Positions 47,439 to 58,089 of a stretch of 64,000 nucleotides of DNA are shown piece by piece; the stretch's first letter is position 1, and the number at the start of each line of letters is the position of its first letter. The DNA lies in assembly GCA_011174845.1 (NCBI GenBank), contig DUEW01000102.1:2989-66988 (forward strand), in the 5' to 3' direction. Under the pieces are notes generated by a model. That model saw only the letters and a program-made list of their open reading frames with translations. It made no database searches and was not told the DNA's origin. The stretch comes from Anaerolineae bacterium (GTDB lineage: Bacteria; Chloroflexota; Anaerolineae; Anaerolineales; E44-bin32). The translations under genes were made by a program, and so were the position numbers.

Positions 47439-49271
47439 TTAGACAAATCGCTCCCGCAGGGTTGAGCTTATGTAGTCCATGCTTGCTACAACGATGGCTA
47501 TCGCCAGCATTTGAGCACTTGCTGAACGGTAATCTAACAAATTGATGTTTTGCTGGAGCAAAAAGCCGATGCCGCCGCCTCCAGCGAAGCCGATGATGGT
47601 CGACATACGCACATTAATGTCCCATCGGTACATGGTGAAGGAGATGTAAGGCGGGATGATTTGTGGGACAACAGCGTAAACGATCGTCTGCAGTCGGTTG
47701 GCGCCAGTGGCTTTAATAGCTTCGAGAGGACCAGGGAGGATACTCTCCACCTGTTCTGAGTATAACTTTGATAGAGCAGCGATGGTGTGTAGCGCAAGCG
47801 CCAAAGATCCAGCGAAAGGACCGATCCCAACCCAGACCACAAACACAATCACCATCACCAACGGCTCAACGGAACGAGTAGCGTTGAGGATAGTACGCAT
47901 AACAAAGTAGAGAGTGGTTCCGATCGGTAATGCATCCTTTGGAGCAGTCCGAATGGCTAAAAGCAAACCAAGTACAGCACCTACTGCGCCTGGCCAGAGA
48001 TAGATCTTGACAGGATCGTTGATTTGGTAAAACCAGTTGATCCCAGCACCTACAAGCATAAAAAGTAAAGCTCCGGCAGCGGCTGCGAAGAACAAGTTGA
48101 TGCCCTTGATGTAACTATCAGATAGGCGATCACTCAGATTTTGTCCGTATGTACTTAAGAAGCTGCCTACGAATCCTCCACCAGCTAAGGCAAGTATGAT
48201 TGGAGTAGCGATTTGGACAATTTCACCTACTTGAGAAACGAAATTTCCAAGAAAACCAACGGGTCCTAAGGGTTGGATCAGCATCTGACCCACGGATAAC
48301 AAAAGACTGGCCAGCAACTGCAGGAGGAAGATGATGCAAATCGCCGATACCATCAGCGTTAGAATTCGAGCTATTCGCATCGGGACCTTTGGGGTTTCTA
48401 GTTCTTCCTGAGGTAACGCCCAACGGGCTAGCGCATAAGCGATCACAGGGCTGATGATGACGCCACCAACATTGATCCCAATATTCGCTGATAGTGGTGT
48501 GCTCAACTCGCTTATCCATCGGTTTGCTAGAAAAGCAATCAGAATGCCAAATGGCCAACCGATGATCGTTAACGCCACGCTGGCAAGCGAACTCTTAACA
48601 TCGCTCATTAAGTTTCGAGCAGCGAAAAAACTGACTGGGACGGCTAATAAGGTACCGAAGGTTGTTGCTAGCAAGGCCAAAAATACCGTTTCGACGATTT
48701 TGGCCCATGTTATCTTTGCTGTATCAGTAAACTGTGGACCGCCCACAGGGACCCGTGCCGTAGCACGAAGATGTTGAACTTCGACAACTGGTTGACGGGT
48801 TGGCATCTGAACGCTTACTTGAAAGTATCCATTGGCATCTGTCTCAAAGTTATCGAGTTGGATTTTTGCGCCGCTAAGGGCTATAAAATTGATGGGTCCT
48901 TTTGAGCCTGGCTCAAAGCTGTACCCCTCTACCAAGATAAATTCCTTCGAAGCCGCGCAAGCGACATCAGTTACCAAATAAGGACCAGTTTTATCTGGCT
49001 CTGGAAGGGTAATTATTTCTTCAGGGCATGGAAGATAGATCGGCACCTCGATATTTACTTCTTCTTGCTCATATGTAATGATGTCTGGGTGTGCTAATGC
49101 ACGAAGAATACGAGTAAGCACAACTAAGCGTTGTTCGGACCGTGTTTCTTTTAAGTTGACCTTGGTGACTTTGAAGCCATAGGCAAAAACGACAATAACC
49201 ACTACCACGCTCAACCCTACGCCGATCGATCTGAGAAGAGATCGTTGTTTCTTCATGTGTTTATTCCTCAT
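47439..49271 (-). CDS. phnE: Phosphonate ABC transporter permease PhnE (long form, 610 aa)
   Basis: The C-terminal EAA-loop region LEAIKATGANRLQTIVYAVVPQIIP is PhnE-like. There are more than 10 TM segments plus an ~170-aa extracytoplasmic insert after TM1. A 4-nt overlap joins it to phnC. Confidence 0.8.
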   Translation of the reverse strand: MRNKHMKKQRSLLRSIGVGLSVVVVIVVFAYGFKVTKVNLKETRSEQRLVVLTRILRALAHPDIITYEQEEVNIEVPIYLPCPEEIITLPEPDKTGPYLVTDVACAASKEFILVEGYSFEPGSKGPINFIALSGAKIQLDNFETDANGYFQVSVQMPTRQPVVEVQHLRATARVPVGGPQFTDTAKITWAKIVETVFLALLATTFGTLLAVPVSFFAARNLMSDVKSSLASVALTIIGWPFGILIAFLANRWISELSTPLSANIGINVGGVIISPVIAYALARWALPQEELETPKVPMRIARILTLMVSAICIIFLLQLLASLLLSVGQMLIQPLGPVGFLGNFVSQVGEIVQIATPIILALAGGGFVGSFLSTYGQNLSDRLSDSYIKGINLFFAAAAGALLFMLVGAGINWFYQINDPVKIYLWPGAVGAVLGLLLAIRTAPKDALPIGTTLYFVMRTILNATRSVEPLVMVIVFVVWVGIGPFAGSLALALHTIAALSKLYSEQVESILPGPLEAIKATGANRLQTIVYAVVPQIIPPYISFTMYRWDINVRMSTIIGFAGGGGIGFLLQQNINLLDYRSASAQMLAIAIVVASMDYISSTLRERFV

Positions 49272-50035
49272 CCAACTCGCTCGGCTTCTTTGCCGTAGAT
49301 TTCTTTAAATTTCGCGTCGTCGATCTCCTCAGGTGTCCCGTCAAACATCAACTTCCCTTCATTGAGGGCTATCGCGCGGTCCGCATAGCGGTGGACCAAG
49401 TCCAAAAAGTGTAGACTACAAATGACCATGACCCCATCTTCTTTGTTGATCTGTTCAAGGTATTGCATGATGGAATGTGCCAGAACGGGATCAAGACTGG
49501 CTACTGGCTCATCAGCCAGAATCATTTCCGGTTCCTGTATCATCGCCCGAGCGATTCCGACGCGCTGTTGTTGACCACCGCTCAATTCGTCCGCCCTTTT
49601 ATATGCCTGGTTGGCGATACCAACACGTTCCAGTTGTTTGAGCGCCAATTCGACATCGCTCTTAGGGAAGCGGTTGAGTACACTCATCGCGGGGTTCACA
49701 TAACCTAGCCGGCCCGCAAGTACATTGATGATCACTTTAGAGCGCGAGACGAGATTGAAATGCTGGAACACCATCCCCATTTTTCTGCGGATGCGACGCA
49801 TTTCATCCTGACTTGCTTCAGTTAGGTCAATGCCATTCCAGATGATTTTGCCTGCTGTCGGTTCGACCAAGCGGTTAATGCACCGGAGCAAGGTGGATTT
49901 CCCTGAACCGCTCAAACCAATGCATGCCAGGAACTCTCCTTGATTAACAGAAAAACTGACATCGTCCAGCGCTAACACATCACCGTCATAGATTTTTGTG
50001 AGGTTTCTTACTTCTAGCATGATGGTTTCAGACAC
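49268..50035 (-). CDS. phnC: Phosphonate ABC transporter ATP-binding protein PhnC
   Basis: Walker A GLSGSGKSTLLRCINRL, signature LSGGQQQRVGIARA, Walker B ILADEPVASLD. Confidence 0.85.
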   Translation of the reverse strand: MSETIMLEVRNLTKIYDGDVLALDDVSFSVNQGEFLACIGLSGSGKSTLLRCINRLVEPTAGKIIWNGIDLTEASQDEMRRIRRKMGMVFQHFNLVSRSKVIINVLAGRLGYVNPAMSVLNRFPKSDVELALKQLERVGIANQAYKRADELSGGQQQRVGIARAMIQEPEMILADEPVASLDPVLAHSIMQYLEQINKEDGVMVICSLHFLDLVHRYADRAIALNEGKLMFDGTPEEIDDAKFKEIYGKEAERVG

Positions 50036-50310
50036 CTCCCTGTGAAGAGATGTGAATAACGATTATAAGTTCATACATCCAATATAAGATTCCCCTCGCC
50101 TTGCTATTTACTTTGAGGATCGTTTGCGTAGTTCTATTCGGTGGTCATTTAAGGATATAGAGGAATAGAGATATCCCATTTGTTCTCGATTAACAAGATT
50201 ATACACGCCCAAATAAATTGGGGTTCCTCATTACAAATAAGGCGTTTCAGGATATTTCGATAAGATAAATGATCCGTAGAAATTCCTGATGATTATTCGA
50301 TTGTTGAAGT

Positions 50311-50340
50311 TAACCCCGGGCAATACATTGCCCGGGGTTA
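50311..50340. other. Perfect 14-bp-arm hairpin in the phnD-phnC spacer
   Basis: The arms taaccccgggcaat and attgcccggggtta lie 23 nt downstream of the phnD stop within a 327-nt intercistronic gap. There is no clear U-tract. Confidence 0.55.
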
Positions 50341-50362
50341 AGTTTGTAATGCTCCGTGCTTT

Positions 50363-51484
50363 CTACTCGCCGAGGTTCTCCAGCGTGATTCCCTGCTGTT
50401 CCATCATGATGCGAATGCCGTCAAAATTCTCATCAAAAATGGGTGCTGCACCTGTCCAATCATAGAACTTTTCATTGCACAGCGTTGCATCGCACGCCTC
50501 GGATCCGACATAGGCGATAACGGCATCCATGATGAGCTGCCTGAGCTCATCCGGGAAATCGGGCGAGAAGGACATGGTGTCGTTTGGAATCTCTGGGGAG
50601 AGAGCCAAAATGCGAACTTTCTGCACCACATCCGGGCTTTCCGCTGAGATGGCAGCGCGAGCATCAAGTACGCGGACTTCACCACAGTACAGTTTGCCAT
50701 CTTCGTCCAAGCCACATTCGTCGACGAGTTCGTCAGGAACATCTGGCGGATCATCGACCGTCCACGTCCTATCAGGGAACAAGGGGGCGCTGAAGTAGCA
50801 GGTTCCAAAATCTGCCTCGCCAGTGTACACCGCTTTCACAACCTGCGGGTGTCCACCTGCTTCAACCGTGTCGCCGACGGTAAGACCGAGATCGTTGAAA
50901 ATGGACATGGGGTAGAGGTAGCCAGAGGTTGATCCGGCATCCGGATATGCCCACGTGGCACCTTCTAGGTCCTCAAGGGTTTGGAATTCACTATCGCGAG
51001 CGACAACGAATTCGGTCCAGTAGACATTCCACCCATAGCGTACGGAAGCCAGACCCGGTTCCACGCCGCAAAGTTGGTTGGCTAGGGCGTATCCCATGGC
51101 AGGGATGAAACCGATTGTGTCGTCAGGTGAAGCGCACATCTCTTCGATAGTGGCTGCATATGACGTCGGCACGCTGACCTCGAAGAACAGCCCTGTGGCC
51201 TCGTTCAACGCTTGTTCGATCAAATCGCCGCCTGCGATCATGAAATCGACGTCTACAGAAGGAACGAACAGGACCTTAATCGGATGGTCTGCACTTCCTA
51301 ACTCAGGTGGGGGTGCCTCGGTTGGCGGTGGTGGTGGGGGTTCTGTGGGGGGCGGCGCCTCAGTCGGCGGTGCTGGGGGTTTCGTCGGCTCCGCAGGAGC
51401 CTCAGTCGGCTGGGCGCAGGCAGCCAAGACCAAGGCCATGGCCACCATCAAGCTCAAAACCAGGAACAGGCGGTTTTTACGCAT
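50363..51484 (-). CDS. phnD: Phosphate/phosphite/phosphonate ABC transporter substrate-binding lipoprotein PhnD
   Basis: Lipobox LAACA, a long Pro/Thr/Glu/Ala linker, then PhnD blocks (FVPS, GSTSGYLYP). Confidence 0.8.
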   Translation of the reverse strand: MRKNRLFLVLSLMVAMALVLAACAQPTEAPAEPTKPPAPPTEAPPPTEPPPPPPTEAPPPELGSADHPIKVLFVPSVDVDFMIAGGDLIEQALNEATGLFFEVSVPTSYAATIEEMCASPDDTIGFIPAMGYALANQLCGVEPGLASVRYGWNVYWTEFVVARDSEFQTLEDLEGATWAYPDAGSTSGYLYPMSIFNDLGLTVGDTVEAGGHPQVVKAVYTGEADFGTCYFSAPLFPDRTWTVDDPPDVPDELVDECGLDEDGKLYCGEVRVLDARAAISAESPDVVQKVRILALSPEIPNDTMSFSPDFPDELRQLIMDAVIAYVGSEACDATLCNEKFYDWTGAAPIFDENFDGIRIMMEQQGITLENLGE

Positions 51485-51863
51485 GTTCTTCTTCCTCCTC
51501 TATATGAGCTATACAAGCTTGTAAAGACGCGTCTTCTTTGTTTATCAACGTTCAACTGCGATAGCTTCACCTCCTCCCTGGTTTCGATAATTCGTTCCAT
51601 CTTAGCGCGAAATTAATGCAGATGCAAGGTAAGAGGTCATCTTCCCATAGGAGGATGCGCTTAAACCCATGATGTGGACTAGCATGTTCTTCAAATTGCT
51701 CTCTCCCATATTATCACATTTCGCAGGCACGATCTGTTGATAAGGAGATCCCATGATCTCATTTCAGATTTATATCGTCGATAACCTGCACTTATCAGTT
51801 GCTGGAGTATAATGAAATCGTCTTCGCAGGCGATTAGTTCGTTCATTTGATAAGGCCACGGCG

Positions 51864-53465
51864 GTGCTTGAAGGATTATTTATCGGTCTTCCCCTTTCTA
51901 TCAATGTCTTGTTCATTCTCATTGCTCTGTATCTCGTAACCCGTGCCGCGCATTACCTGGTGGACGGTGCGGTAAGTATCGCACACGAGTATCGCATCAG
52001 CCCACTGATTATCGGCGCGACCGTAGTCGCGATGGGCACAACCTCCGCGGAAAATACCGTCAATCTGGTTATCGTTTTGACCGGGGGCGATCCTTCGACC
52101 GTGATTGGAAATTTGTTAGGATCCAACCTGGTAAATTTTGGCATAGAACTCGGTGTTTCAGCCATGATCGCTGGAATTATCTTGGTGCCTCGTGGTGCTT
52201 TTGAAAAGGACATCCCACTTTACTTCGCGACCGTAGGTTTGATAACAGCCTTTGCTAGTGACGGTCAGATCGGGCGCTCAGAAGCTGTCCTCGGGCTGGT
52301 CATATTCTTGGCTGCTTTTGGCTTGATCATTCAATACGCTCGGTCGAGGCGGGGGAGCAGTGTGCTGCTGGTTGAAGCGGAAGAAATCGAGGCCATCTCC
52401 CACCCGACTGCGAAACGCCTGACCCGTCGCCAAGCGTTTCTAATGTTATTTGGAGGCCTTGTCGTCCTCGTCCTTTCTTCACGTTTTCTCATCCTAAACA
52501 CAACGGTGGTTGCATTTGCCTTGGGTATCCCCGAATTCATTATCGGTTTAGTCATCATCGGACCGGGAACTTCAATGCCCGAAATCGCCTCCTCCATCCA
52601 AGCTGCTCGTCGAGGACACCCCGGCTTGGTGCTGGGCACAGCTTTTGGTAGCTGTTTATTTAACCTGTCGCTCGGATTGGGGCTGCCAGCTATCATTCGC
52701 CCCTTGCCTGTGGGGGAGACAGCTATCCTAAGCCTCGTGTTTATCAATGTAGTAAATCTTTCACTGCTTGCATTGCTCCTTTTGGATCATAGATGGGTAG
52801 GTCGAGCAAGAACTATAACCCAAGTCACCGGGGCATATCTCGTGATTACCTATCTCGGTTTTATCTCCTACCTTGTTGTGGATGCAGCTGGGGGAAGCTT
52901 TGAGAGTTGGTGGAAAGCATTTGCCTTGATCGTGGCTGTGGTGGGTTTCGTGTTGGTCGTTCGTAAAGTTGCGAGGATTTTCACTTCTACTAGAGCAGCA
53001 AGAGAGAGGGGGCAGACTGAAAGGAAAAGGATTTTATGCGCAACTCGAGGCGGGCAAGCCAGTCAGCCAACTCACCTAAAAGCCATCGAAATCGCGCTTG
53101 AGCGGAGCGCTGAACTTATCTTTCTCTATGTGTTCGACCAACAGGCCATCCAGAGCGTTGCGACTCCAATCGTGATCAATATTTCCTCACAAATGGATCA
53201 CATGCAAGCTTTCCTTCAGAAAACAGCACAGAGGCAGGCCGTTCAGGCGGGGGTTAAAGCCAGGGTTCTTGTTCGGGCTGGAAGCCTTCGGGAGCAAATC
53301 CAAACGATCGCGCAAGAGGAACAAGTCGATCTGGTTGTCATGGGCAATCCAAGTGAGAAAAGCAGCCTGTTCAAGCGTGAGGCTTTACGAGTGTTAGCCG
53401 ATGAGATTGAAGCCGAGACCGGAATTCAAGTCCTTGCCTTGAGCGATCAAGGAATCAAGGCCTAA
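51864..53465 (+). CDS. CaCA-family cation/Ca2+ exchanger fused to a C-terminal universal stress protein (USP) domain
   Basis: Two alpha-repeat motifs (AMGTTSAEN and GPGTSMPEIASSI) in a ~10-TM body. The last ~150 aa (ILCATRGG...LIFLYVFD...DLVVMGN) resemble USP. GTG start. Confidence 0.7.
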   Translation: MLEGLFIGLPLSINVLFILIALYLVTRAAHYLVDGAVSIAHEYRISPLIIGATVVAMGTTSAENTVNLVIVLTGGDPSTVIGNLLGSNLVNFGIELGVSAMIAGIILVPRGAFEKDIPLYFATVGLITAFASDGQIGRSEAVLGLVIFLAAFGLIIQYARSRRGSSVLLVEAEEIEAISHPTAKRLTRRQAFLMLFGGLVVLVLSSRFLILNTTVVAFALGIPEFIIGLVIIGPGTSMPEIASSIQAARRGHPGLVLGTAFGSCLFNLSLGLGLPAIIRPLPVGETAILSLVFINVVNLSLLALLLLDHRWVGRARTITQVTGAYLVITYLGFISYLVVDAAGGSFESWWKAFALIVAVVGFVLVVRKVARIFTSTRAARERGQTERKRILCATRGGQASQPTHLKAIEIALERSAELIFLYVFDQQAIQSVATPIVINISSQMDHMQAFLQKTAQRQAVQAGVKARVLVRAGSLREQIQTIAQEEQVDLVVMGNPSEKSSLFKREALRVLADEIEAETGIQVLALSDQGIKA

Positions 53466-53807
53466 TTTGGATATCCACAGCGATCATATTGAGTGAGATA
53501 CTAGCCAACGCGTTCTGAATCATGGCAGCCATACATTTGACGATCAATTATTGGTTTAAGGATCCACCACCTATACACAATCACTTACACCACGTTGGTG
53601 GTGTTGTTTATTCGCATTGTGAAATCGATGTGCAAATTTGATGTGGAGCATTGAGTGGTTCGATTACCTTCGATGTTTCTTGTTTTGTGAACTGGACACA
53701 TTCTCTCCGAAATGAGGAAGTTTGTACACCGGGTGCATGACGGTCTGCACTGGAGGGGATCCTGACATAGAATTAAGCTGTGTGAGGATTTTGATGGAGG
53801 TTTGCCG

Positions 53808-54059
53808 ATGGCAAAAGGACGCATTGTCGTCGATGAGACGTTATGCAAGGGATGTGAATTATGCACATCCGTCTGTCCCAAGGACCTGATTCGCATGGCA
53901 ATGGATCGATTAACACCGAAGGGCTACCATCCGGCGATGCTAGTGGATCCTGACGGGGAGTGTACTGGTTGTGCGATCTGCGCTGTCATTTGTCCTGATT
54001 CCGCGATCACCGTTTATCGTTTGGTCCCAGCTGAAAAAGTGAGAACTCCTACAGCTTGA
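53808..54059 (+). CDS. 2-oxoacid:ferredoxin oxidoreductase delta subunit (2x[4Fe-4S] ferredoxin)
   Basis: [12 protein letters not shown] and [12 protein letters not shown] motifs. GGAGG RBS before ATG 53808. Confidence 0.8.
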   Translation: MAKGRIVVDETLCKGCELCTSVCPKDLIRMAMDRLTPKGYHPAMLVDPDGECTGCAICAVICPDSAITVYRLVPAEKVRTPTA

Positions 54060-54073
54060 GGAGGGAAGATCAC

Positions 54074-55147
54074 ATGGCAAAAGAATTGCTCAAAGGCAAC
54101 GTTGCTTTTGCTGAAGCGGCAATTCGGGCAGGATGTGAAGCATATTTTGGTTATCCGATCACACCCCAAACGGAAGCCCTTGAACATATGGCAAAACGCA
54201 TGCCAGAACTTGGGCGAGTATTTTTGCAGGCCGAGAGCGAGGTTGCGGCGATTAATATGGTCTATGGGGCTGCATGTGCAGGTGTTCGTGTGATGAGCTC
54301 CTCCTCGAGTCCTGGTGTGAGCTTGATGATGGAGGGATTGTCTTATATTGCCGGTTCCGAGGTGCCGGCGGTCCTGGTAGACATCATGCGAGGTGGTCCC
54401 GGTTTGGGCAACATCGCACCTTCTCAAGGCGATTACAATCAAATCGTCAAGGGAGGGGGGCACGGTGATTATCACCCGGTTGTTCTCGCTCCCGCCTCAG
54501 TACAAGAGTTGATCGACTTCACCGTAGAAGCGTTCGACATCGCCGAGAAGTACCTTTGCATTGTCATCATTCTCGCTGACGGAAGTCTGGGCCAAATGAT
54601 GGAACCAGCCGAGTTACCCGAGATGAAAAAGGTGAGATCGGTAAAAGAGCGACCGAATTGGGCCTTAACCGGAGCGAGAGATCGTGATCCTAACATCATT
54701 ACATCGATCTACATGGATCCGTTGGTGGAAGAAGAACTAAACCGTAGGTTGATGGCAAAACAAGCTAAGATCGAAGCGAATGAAGTTCGCTTCCGAGAGC
54801 TCATGCTCGACGATGCCGAGATCGCGGTGATCGCATTCGGGACATCAGGTCGAGTCGCACAATCAGCAGTTAAAACGGCTCGGGAAGAGGGCATTCGAGT
54901 TGGCTTGCTGCGACCGATCTCGCTCTATCCTTATCCATACGAACGTGTGCGACAAATCGCAGGTAAGGTGAAAGAAATCTTAGTTGTCGAGATGAACAGC
55001 GGTCAAATGCTGGGGGATGTGCGGATTGGGAATGAGGGGAGGGTTCCCATCTCCTTTTATGGCAGACAGGGTGGGGTGATCCCGTTACCGGATGAGGTTT
55101 TGGAAGAAATCCGGAAGATACAATCGAGGATCAACGCCTCTGAATAA
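54074..55147 (+). CDS. korA: 2-oxoglutarate/2-oxoacid:ferredoxin oxidoreductase alpha subunit
   Basis: N-terminus [23 protein letters not shown] plus [16 protein letters not shown]. The D-A-B-gamma gene order matches OorDABC/KorDABC-type enzymes. Confidence 0.85.
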   Translation: MAKELLKGNVAFAEAAIRAGCEAYFGYPITPQTEALEHMAKRMPELGRVFLQAESEVAAINMVYGAACAGVRVMSSSSSPGVSLMMEGLSYIAGSEVPAVLVDIMRGGPGLGNIAPSQGDYNQIVKGGGHGDYHPVVLAPASVQELIDFTVEAFDIAEKYLCIVIILADGSLGQMMEPAELPEMKKVRSVKERPNWALTGARDRDPNIITSIYMDPLVEEELNRRLMAKQAKIEANEVRFRELMLDDAEIAVIAFGTSGRVAQSAVKTAREEGIRVGLLRPISLYPYPYERVRQIAGKVKEILVVEMNSGQMLGDVRIGNEGRVPISFYGRQGGVIPLPDEVLEEIRKIQSRINASE

Positions 55148-55163
55148 CCTGGGAGAGGAATAC

Positions 55164-55955
55164 ATGGCGGAGAAAGAATGGATCGAAACTCTGATCTACA
55201 CCAAATCCGGAAGTTTAACTGAACTCGGGACTCACTACTGTCCCGGCTGCACACACGGTATCTCCCACCGGTTAATCGCAGAAGTGATCGATGAGATGGG
55301 TATAAGGGAGGACACCATTGGGATCGCACCGGTCGGTTGTGCCGTCTTTGCGTACGATTATTTCAATATGGATTTCGCTGAGGCCGCCCATGGCCGAGCA
55401 CCGGCGATGGCTACGGGTCTTAAACGTGTAAACCCCGATAAGATCGTTTTCACCTATCAGGGAGATGGAGATTTGGCATCGATCGGAGCGGCGGAGATCA
55501 TGCACGCAGCAGGTCGAGGCGAAAACATCACGGTCATCTTCATCAACAACGCGATTTACGGTATGACCGGAGGCCAGATGGCGCCGACGACCTTGCCGGG
55601 TCAACGGACGACATCCACGCCCCTTGGACGCGACATTGAAGTGCATGGTTTTCCCCTCCGAATGTGTGAAATCCTGTCCCAACTTGACGGTTCAGCATAT
55701 GTGGTGAGACGCAGTCTTCATAATGTGGCGAATATTCGTAGAGCGAAAAAGGCCATCCGACAAGCATTCGAGGTCCAAAGACAAGGTCTGGGCTTCTCGA
55801 TGGTCGAGTTGCTTTCAAGCTGCCCGACGAATTGGGGGATGAGCGCTGATGAAGCGCTAACATGGATCGAGGAGCACATGGTTGAAGCCTATCCGCTCGG
55901 CGATTATAAGGTAAGCCCCTCGATTGCCGTGACTAAGAAGGATGAAGGGAGATAG
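55164..55955 (+). CDS. korB: 2-oxoglutarate/2-oxoacid:ferredoxin oxidoreductase beta (TPP-binding) subunit
   Basis: [11 protein letters not shown] motif GDGD...IG, and [10 protein letters not shown]. Confidence 0.85.
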   Translation: MAEKEWIETLIYTKSGSLTELGTHYCPGCTHGISHRLIAEVIDEMGIREDTIGIAPVGCAVFAYDYFNMDFAEAAHGRAPAMATGLKRVNPDKIVFTYQGDGDLASIGAAEIMHAAGRGENITVIFINNAIYGMTGGQMAPTTLPGQRTTSTPLGRDIEVHGFPLRMCEILSQLDGSAYVVRRSLHNVANIRRAKKAIRQAFEVQRQGLGFSMVELLSSCPTNWGMSADEALTWIEEHMVEAYPLGDYKVSPSIAVTKKDEGR

Positions 55956-55956
55956 G

Positions 55957-56511
55957 ATGCAGACGGAGATCATCATCTCTGGATTTGGCGGACAAGGGGT
56001 GCTCTTCGCAGGGCAATTACTTTCCTATGCTGCTCTTGAGAAGGATCTACATGTCACCTGGTTCCCGTCTTATGGACCTGAAATGCGAGGCGGGACTGCG
56101 CATTGTACGGTGATCATTAGCGATGACGAAATCGGCTCGCCTGTCATACGCAATCCAACCGCTGCCATCGTTATGAACCTGCCATCTTTAGATAAATACG
56201 AACCCCTGGTGAAGACCGATGGCGTGTTGGTGGTCAATACCTCATTGGTTGATCGTGATCCTGAGAGGGAGGATCTGCAAATTGAGTTAGTTCCGGCGAA
56301 TGAAATTGCTGAGGAACTGGGTGATAAGCGCTTGGCCAATTTGGTCATGTTAGGCGCGCTGCTTAATCACCTGGATGTGTTGTCCATCGATGAGGTGGGT
56401 GCTTCCCTTAAGCGCCACATCCCGGCGCACCACCGAGATCTTCTGCAGGGAAACATCAAAGCCATGCAGCGCGGAACCGCGCTTGCCGCAGGAGAGAAGT
56501 TGGCCACCTGA
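55957..56511 (+). CDS. 2-oxoacid:ferredoxin oxidoreductase gamma subunit
   Basis: N-terminus IIISGFGGQGVLFAGQLL and YGPEMRGG.A...V are typical gamma-subunit blocks. Confidence 0.85.
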   Translation: MQTEIIISGFGGQGVLFAGQLLSYAALEKDLHVTWFPSYGPEMRGGTAHCTVIISDDEIGSPVIRNPTAAIVMNLPSLDKYEPLVKTDGVLVVNTSLVDRDPEREDLQIELVPANEIAEELGDKRLANLVMLGALLNHLDVLSIDEVGASLKRHIPAHHRDLLQGNIKAMQRGTALAAGEKLAT

Positions 56512-56599
56512 TCCTGGGCATGAAATGATGATGAGACAAAACTTCCCGCGAGCTTCAAGCTCGCGGGAAGTTGATTTTTAGGTTTCTGGGAGTACAGAT

Positions 56600-57208
56600 T
56601 TATCGAAGAGGGGTATTACATTCAGGACAGATTTGTGTTCCGGCTGCTACAACAAAGCCACATTCATGACAAGTTCTAGGTTGAGCGTGACCTAAAGGCG
56701 CGCCACATGCCACGCAATGAGGCTCTCCTACAGGATTCGCCGTGTCACAATATCCACACACTAGCCTACGCAGTCGCTCAGAGATTTCGTAAGATGCACC
56801 GAGGCTATCTGCTGTCCTCTCCAAAGTCAACCAGATCCTCTCTGTTAGCTGGAGCGAGGCGATGTCTTCGGCCAGGTCATCCAACCGACCGATTAAACTT
56901 AGTGGATTGCGTATCGCAGCTAGTGTAGTAATCCCCAAGCTTGCGATCACACCCATCCATGCTTGCTGACCAATGTTGACGAGAACACCATCTTCAACCT
57001 TAGAGAGATGGACGGTAATCGCTGTGCGTCCACCAGAGGCTGGGATGACGCGACTGGCGATTTGAACGACCCTATGGTTGCCTCGACCGACCTGCCTGGC
57101 TGTCAGATTTCCGTGATCGAACTCAGCAATCAATACGCGTGCGAGATCATCTGGCGCGATGGAGCCGTGGAAAGTTCTTTGCGGGCGTCGGCGGTTTAGA
57201 TCAAGCAA
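56600..57208 (-). CDS. Hypothetical protein with a C-terminal double zinc ribbon
   Basis: C-terminus CGYC....CVAC...CHEC....CPEC. The ORF is open to 57418, but the upstream part looks non-coding. The proposed TTG start at 57208 follows GAAGGG. The start is uncertain. Confidence 0.45.
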   Translation of the reverse strand: MLDLNRRRPQRTFHGSIAPDDLARVLIAEFDHGNLTARQVGRGNHRVVQIASRVIPASGGRTAITVHLSKVEDGVLVNIGQQAWMGVIASLGITTLAAIRNPLSLIGRLDDLAEDIASLQLTERIWLTLERTADSLGASYEISERLRRLVCGYCDTANPVGEPHCVACGAPLGHAQPRTCHECGFVVAAGTQICPECNTPLR

Positions 57209-57434
57209 GTTATTTTTCCCTTCGAAAGATATGGATAGCCATGCGGTGTAGTATAATGCGCTCGAATTCAGGGGGCAATATGTAGAGGTGCATCCCATAA
57301 AATGTTTCACCGCTGTACGCCTTGTGGCAAAAATGAATATTGTGGGGTGGTGGAACCGTCCCCACATTAGGCAAATTCCACCTGCAACTGACGCAGGGCA
57401 ACAAGATATGAAACGCACCTCTTGGAGAAAGTGA

Positions 57435-58037
57435 ATGAGACGTCTGGCATGGAGCCTGTTGTTTTTATGTGGGTTGATCCTGGCTTCTTTCGCATTGTTG
57501 GCAGCATCGCCTGCGCATCCCTTGCAGATGATGGTGGATGCAACGGTAACGGGAACACCGGAGGGTCCGAAAATCGTTGTGCCGGATCAGGTTAACGTCC
57601 GACTCGGACCCGGAACTAATTATGACAAGATCGGGGTATTAATCGCAGGACAGGAAGCAACTGCGCTCGGTCGTTCCCCTGGTGGGCTATGGATCCAGAT
57701 CGTATACCCTGGTGTCCCGGGCAATGTCGCCTGGGTCTACGCACCGTACGTCATTTTGGATGCAGGACAGGAGTTATTACCGATCATCGAACCTCCACCC
57801 ACGTCGACTCCACGGATCACGCCCACCATCGATCCTACATTGGCGGCCCAATTTAATCTCGGAGAAGCCCCTGCGACACGTTTGCCAACTTTCACACCCG
57901 CTGATCCAGTGATTCAACCGACATTGGAGCCCTTGGACGATGGAAATGGACGTGGTTTTCCGCCGATCTTGGCCATTCTTGGTTTACTCGTCGTGGGGCT
58001 GTTTGGAACGGTGGTGTCTTTTTTACGGGGCAGTTGA
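57435..58037 (+). CDS. Secreted bacterial SH3-domain protein with a C-terminal TM anchor
   Basis: Signal peptide. SH3b-like VNVRLGPGTNYDKIGVL..G....LGRS..GLWIQI, a Pro/Thr linker and a terminal hydrophobic helix. Confidence 0.65.
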   Translation: MRRLAWSLLFLCGLILASFALLAASPAHPLQMMVDATVTGTPEGPKIVVPDQVNVRLGPGTNYDKIGVLIAGQEATALGRSPGGLWIQIVYPGVPGNVAWVYAPYVILDAGQELLPIIEPPPTSTPRITPTIDPTLAAQFNLGEAPATRLPTFTPADPVIQPTLEPLDDGNGRGFPPILAILGLLVVGLFGTVVSFLRGS

Positions 58038-58061
58038 ACTCTTGTCAATCTGGAGATGAAT

Positions 58062-58089
58062 AAAGCAGGTCGTCATCACGATCTGCTTT
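58062..58089 (+). terminator. Stem-loop after the SH3 gene
   Basis: aaagcag-(14 nt)-ctgcttt begins 25 nt after the stop, followed by a short T-containing tract. Confidence 0.4.

Noticed and set aside
50284-50310. CTGATGA box as a possible hammerhead ribozyme core
   Set aside because: No flanking stems I/II/III and no GAAA in the correct geometry. It is also on the strand opposite to phn transcription.
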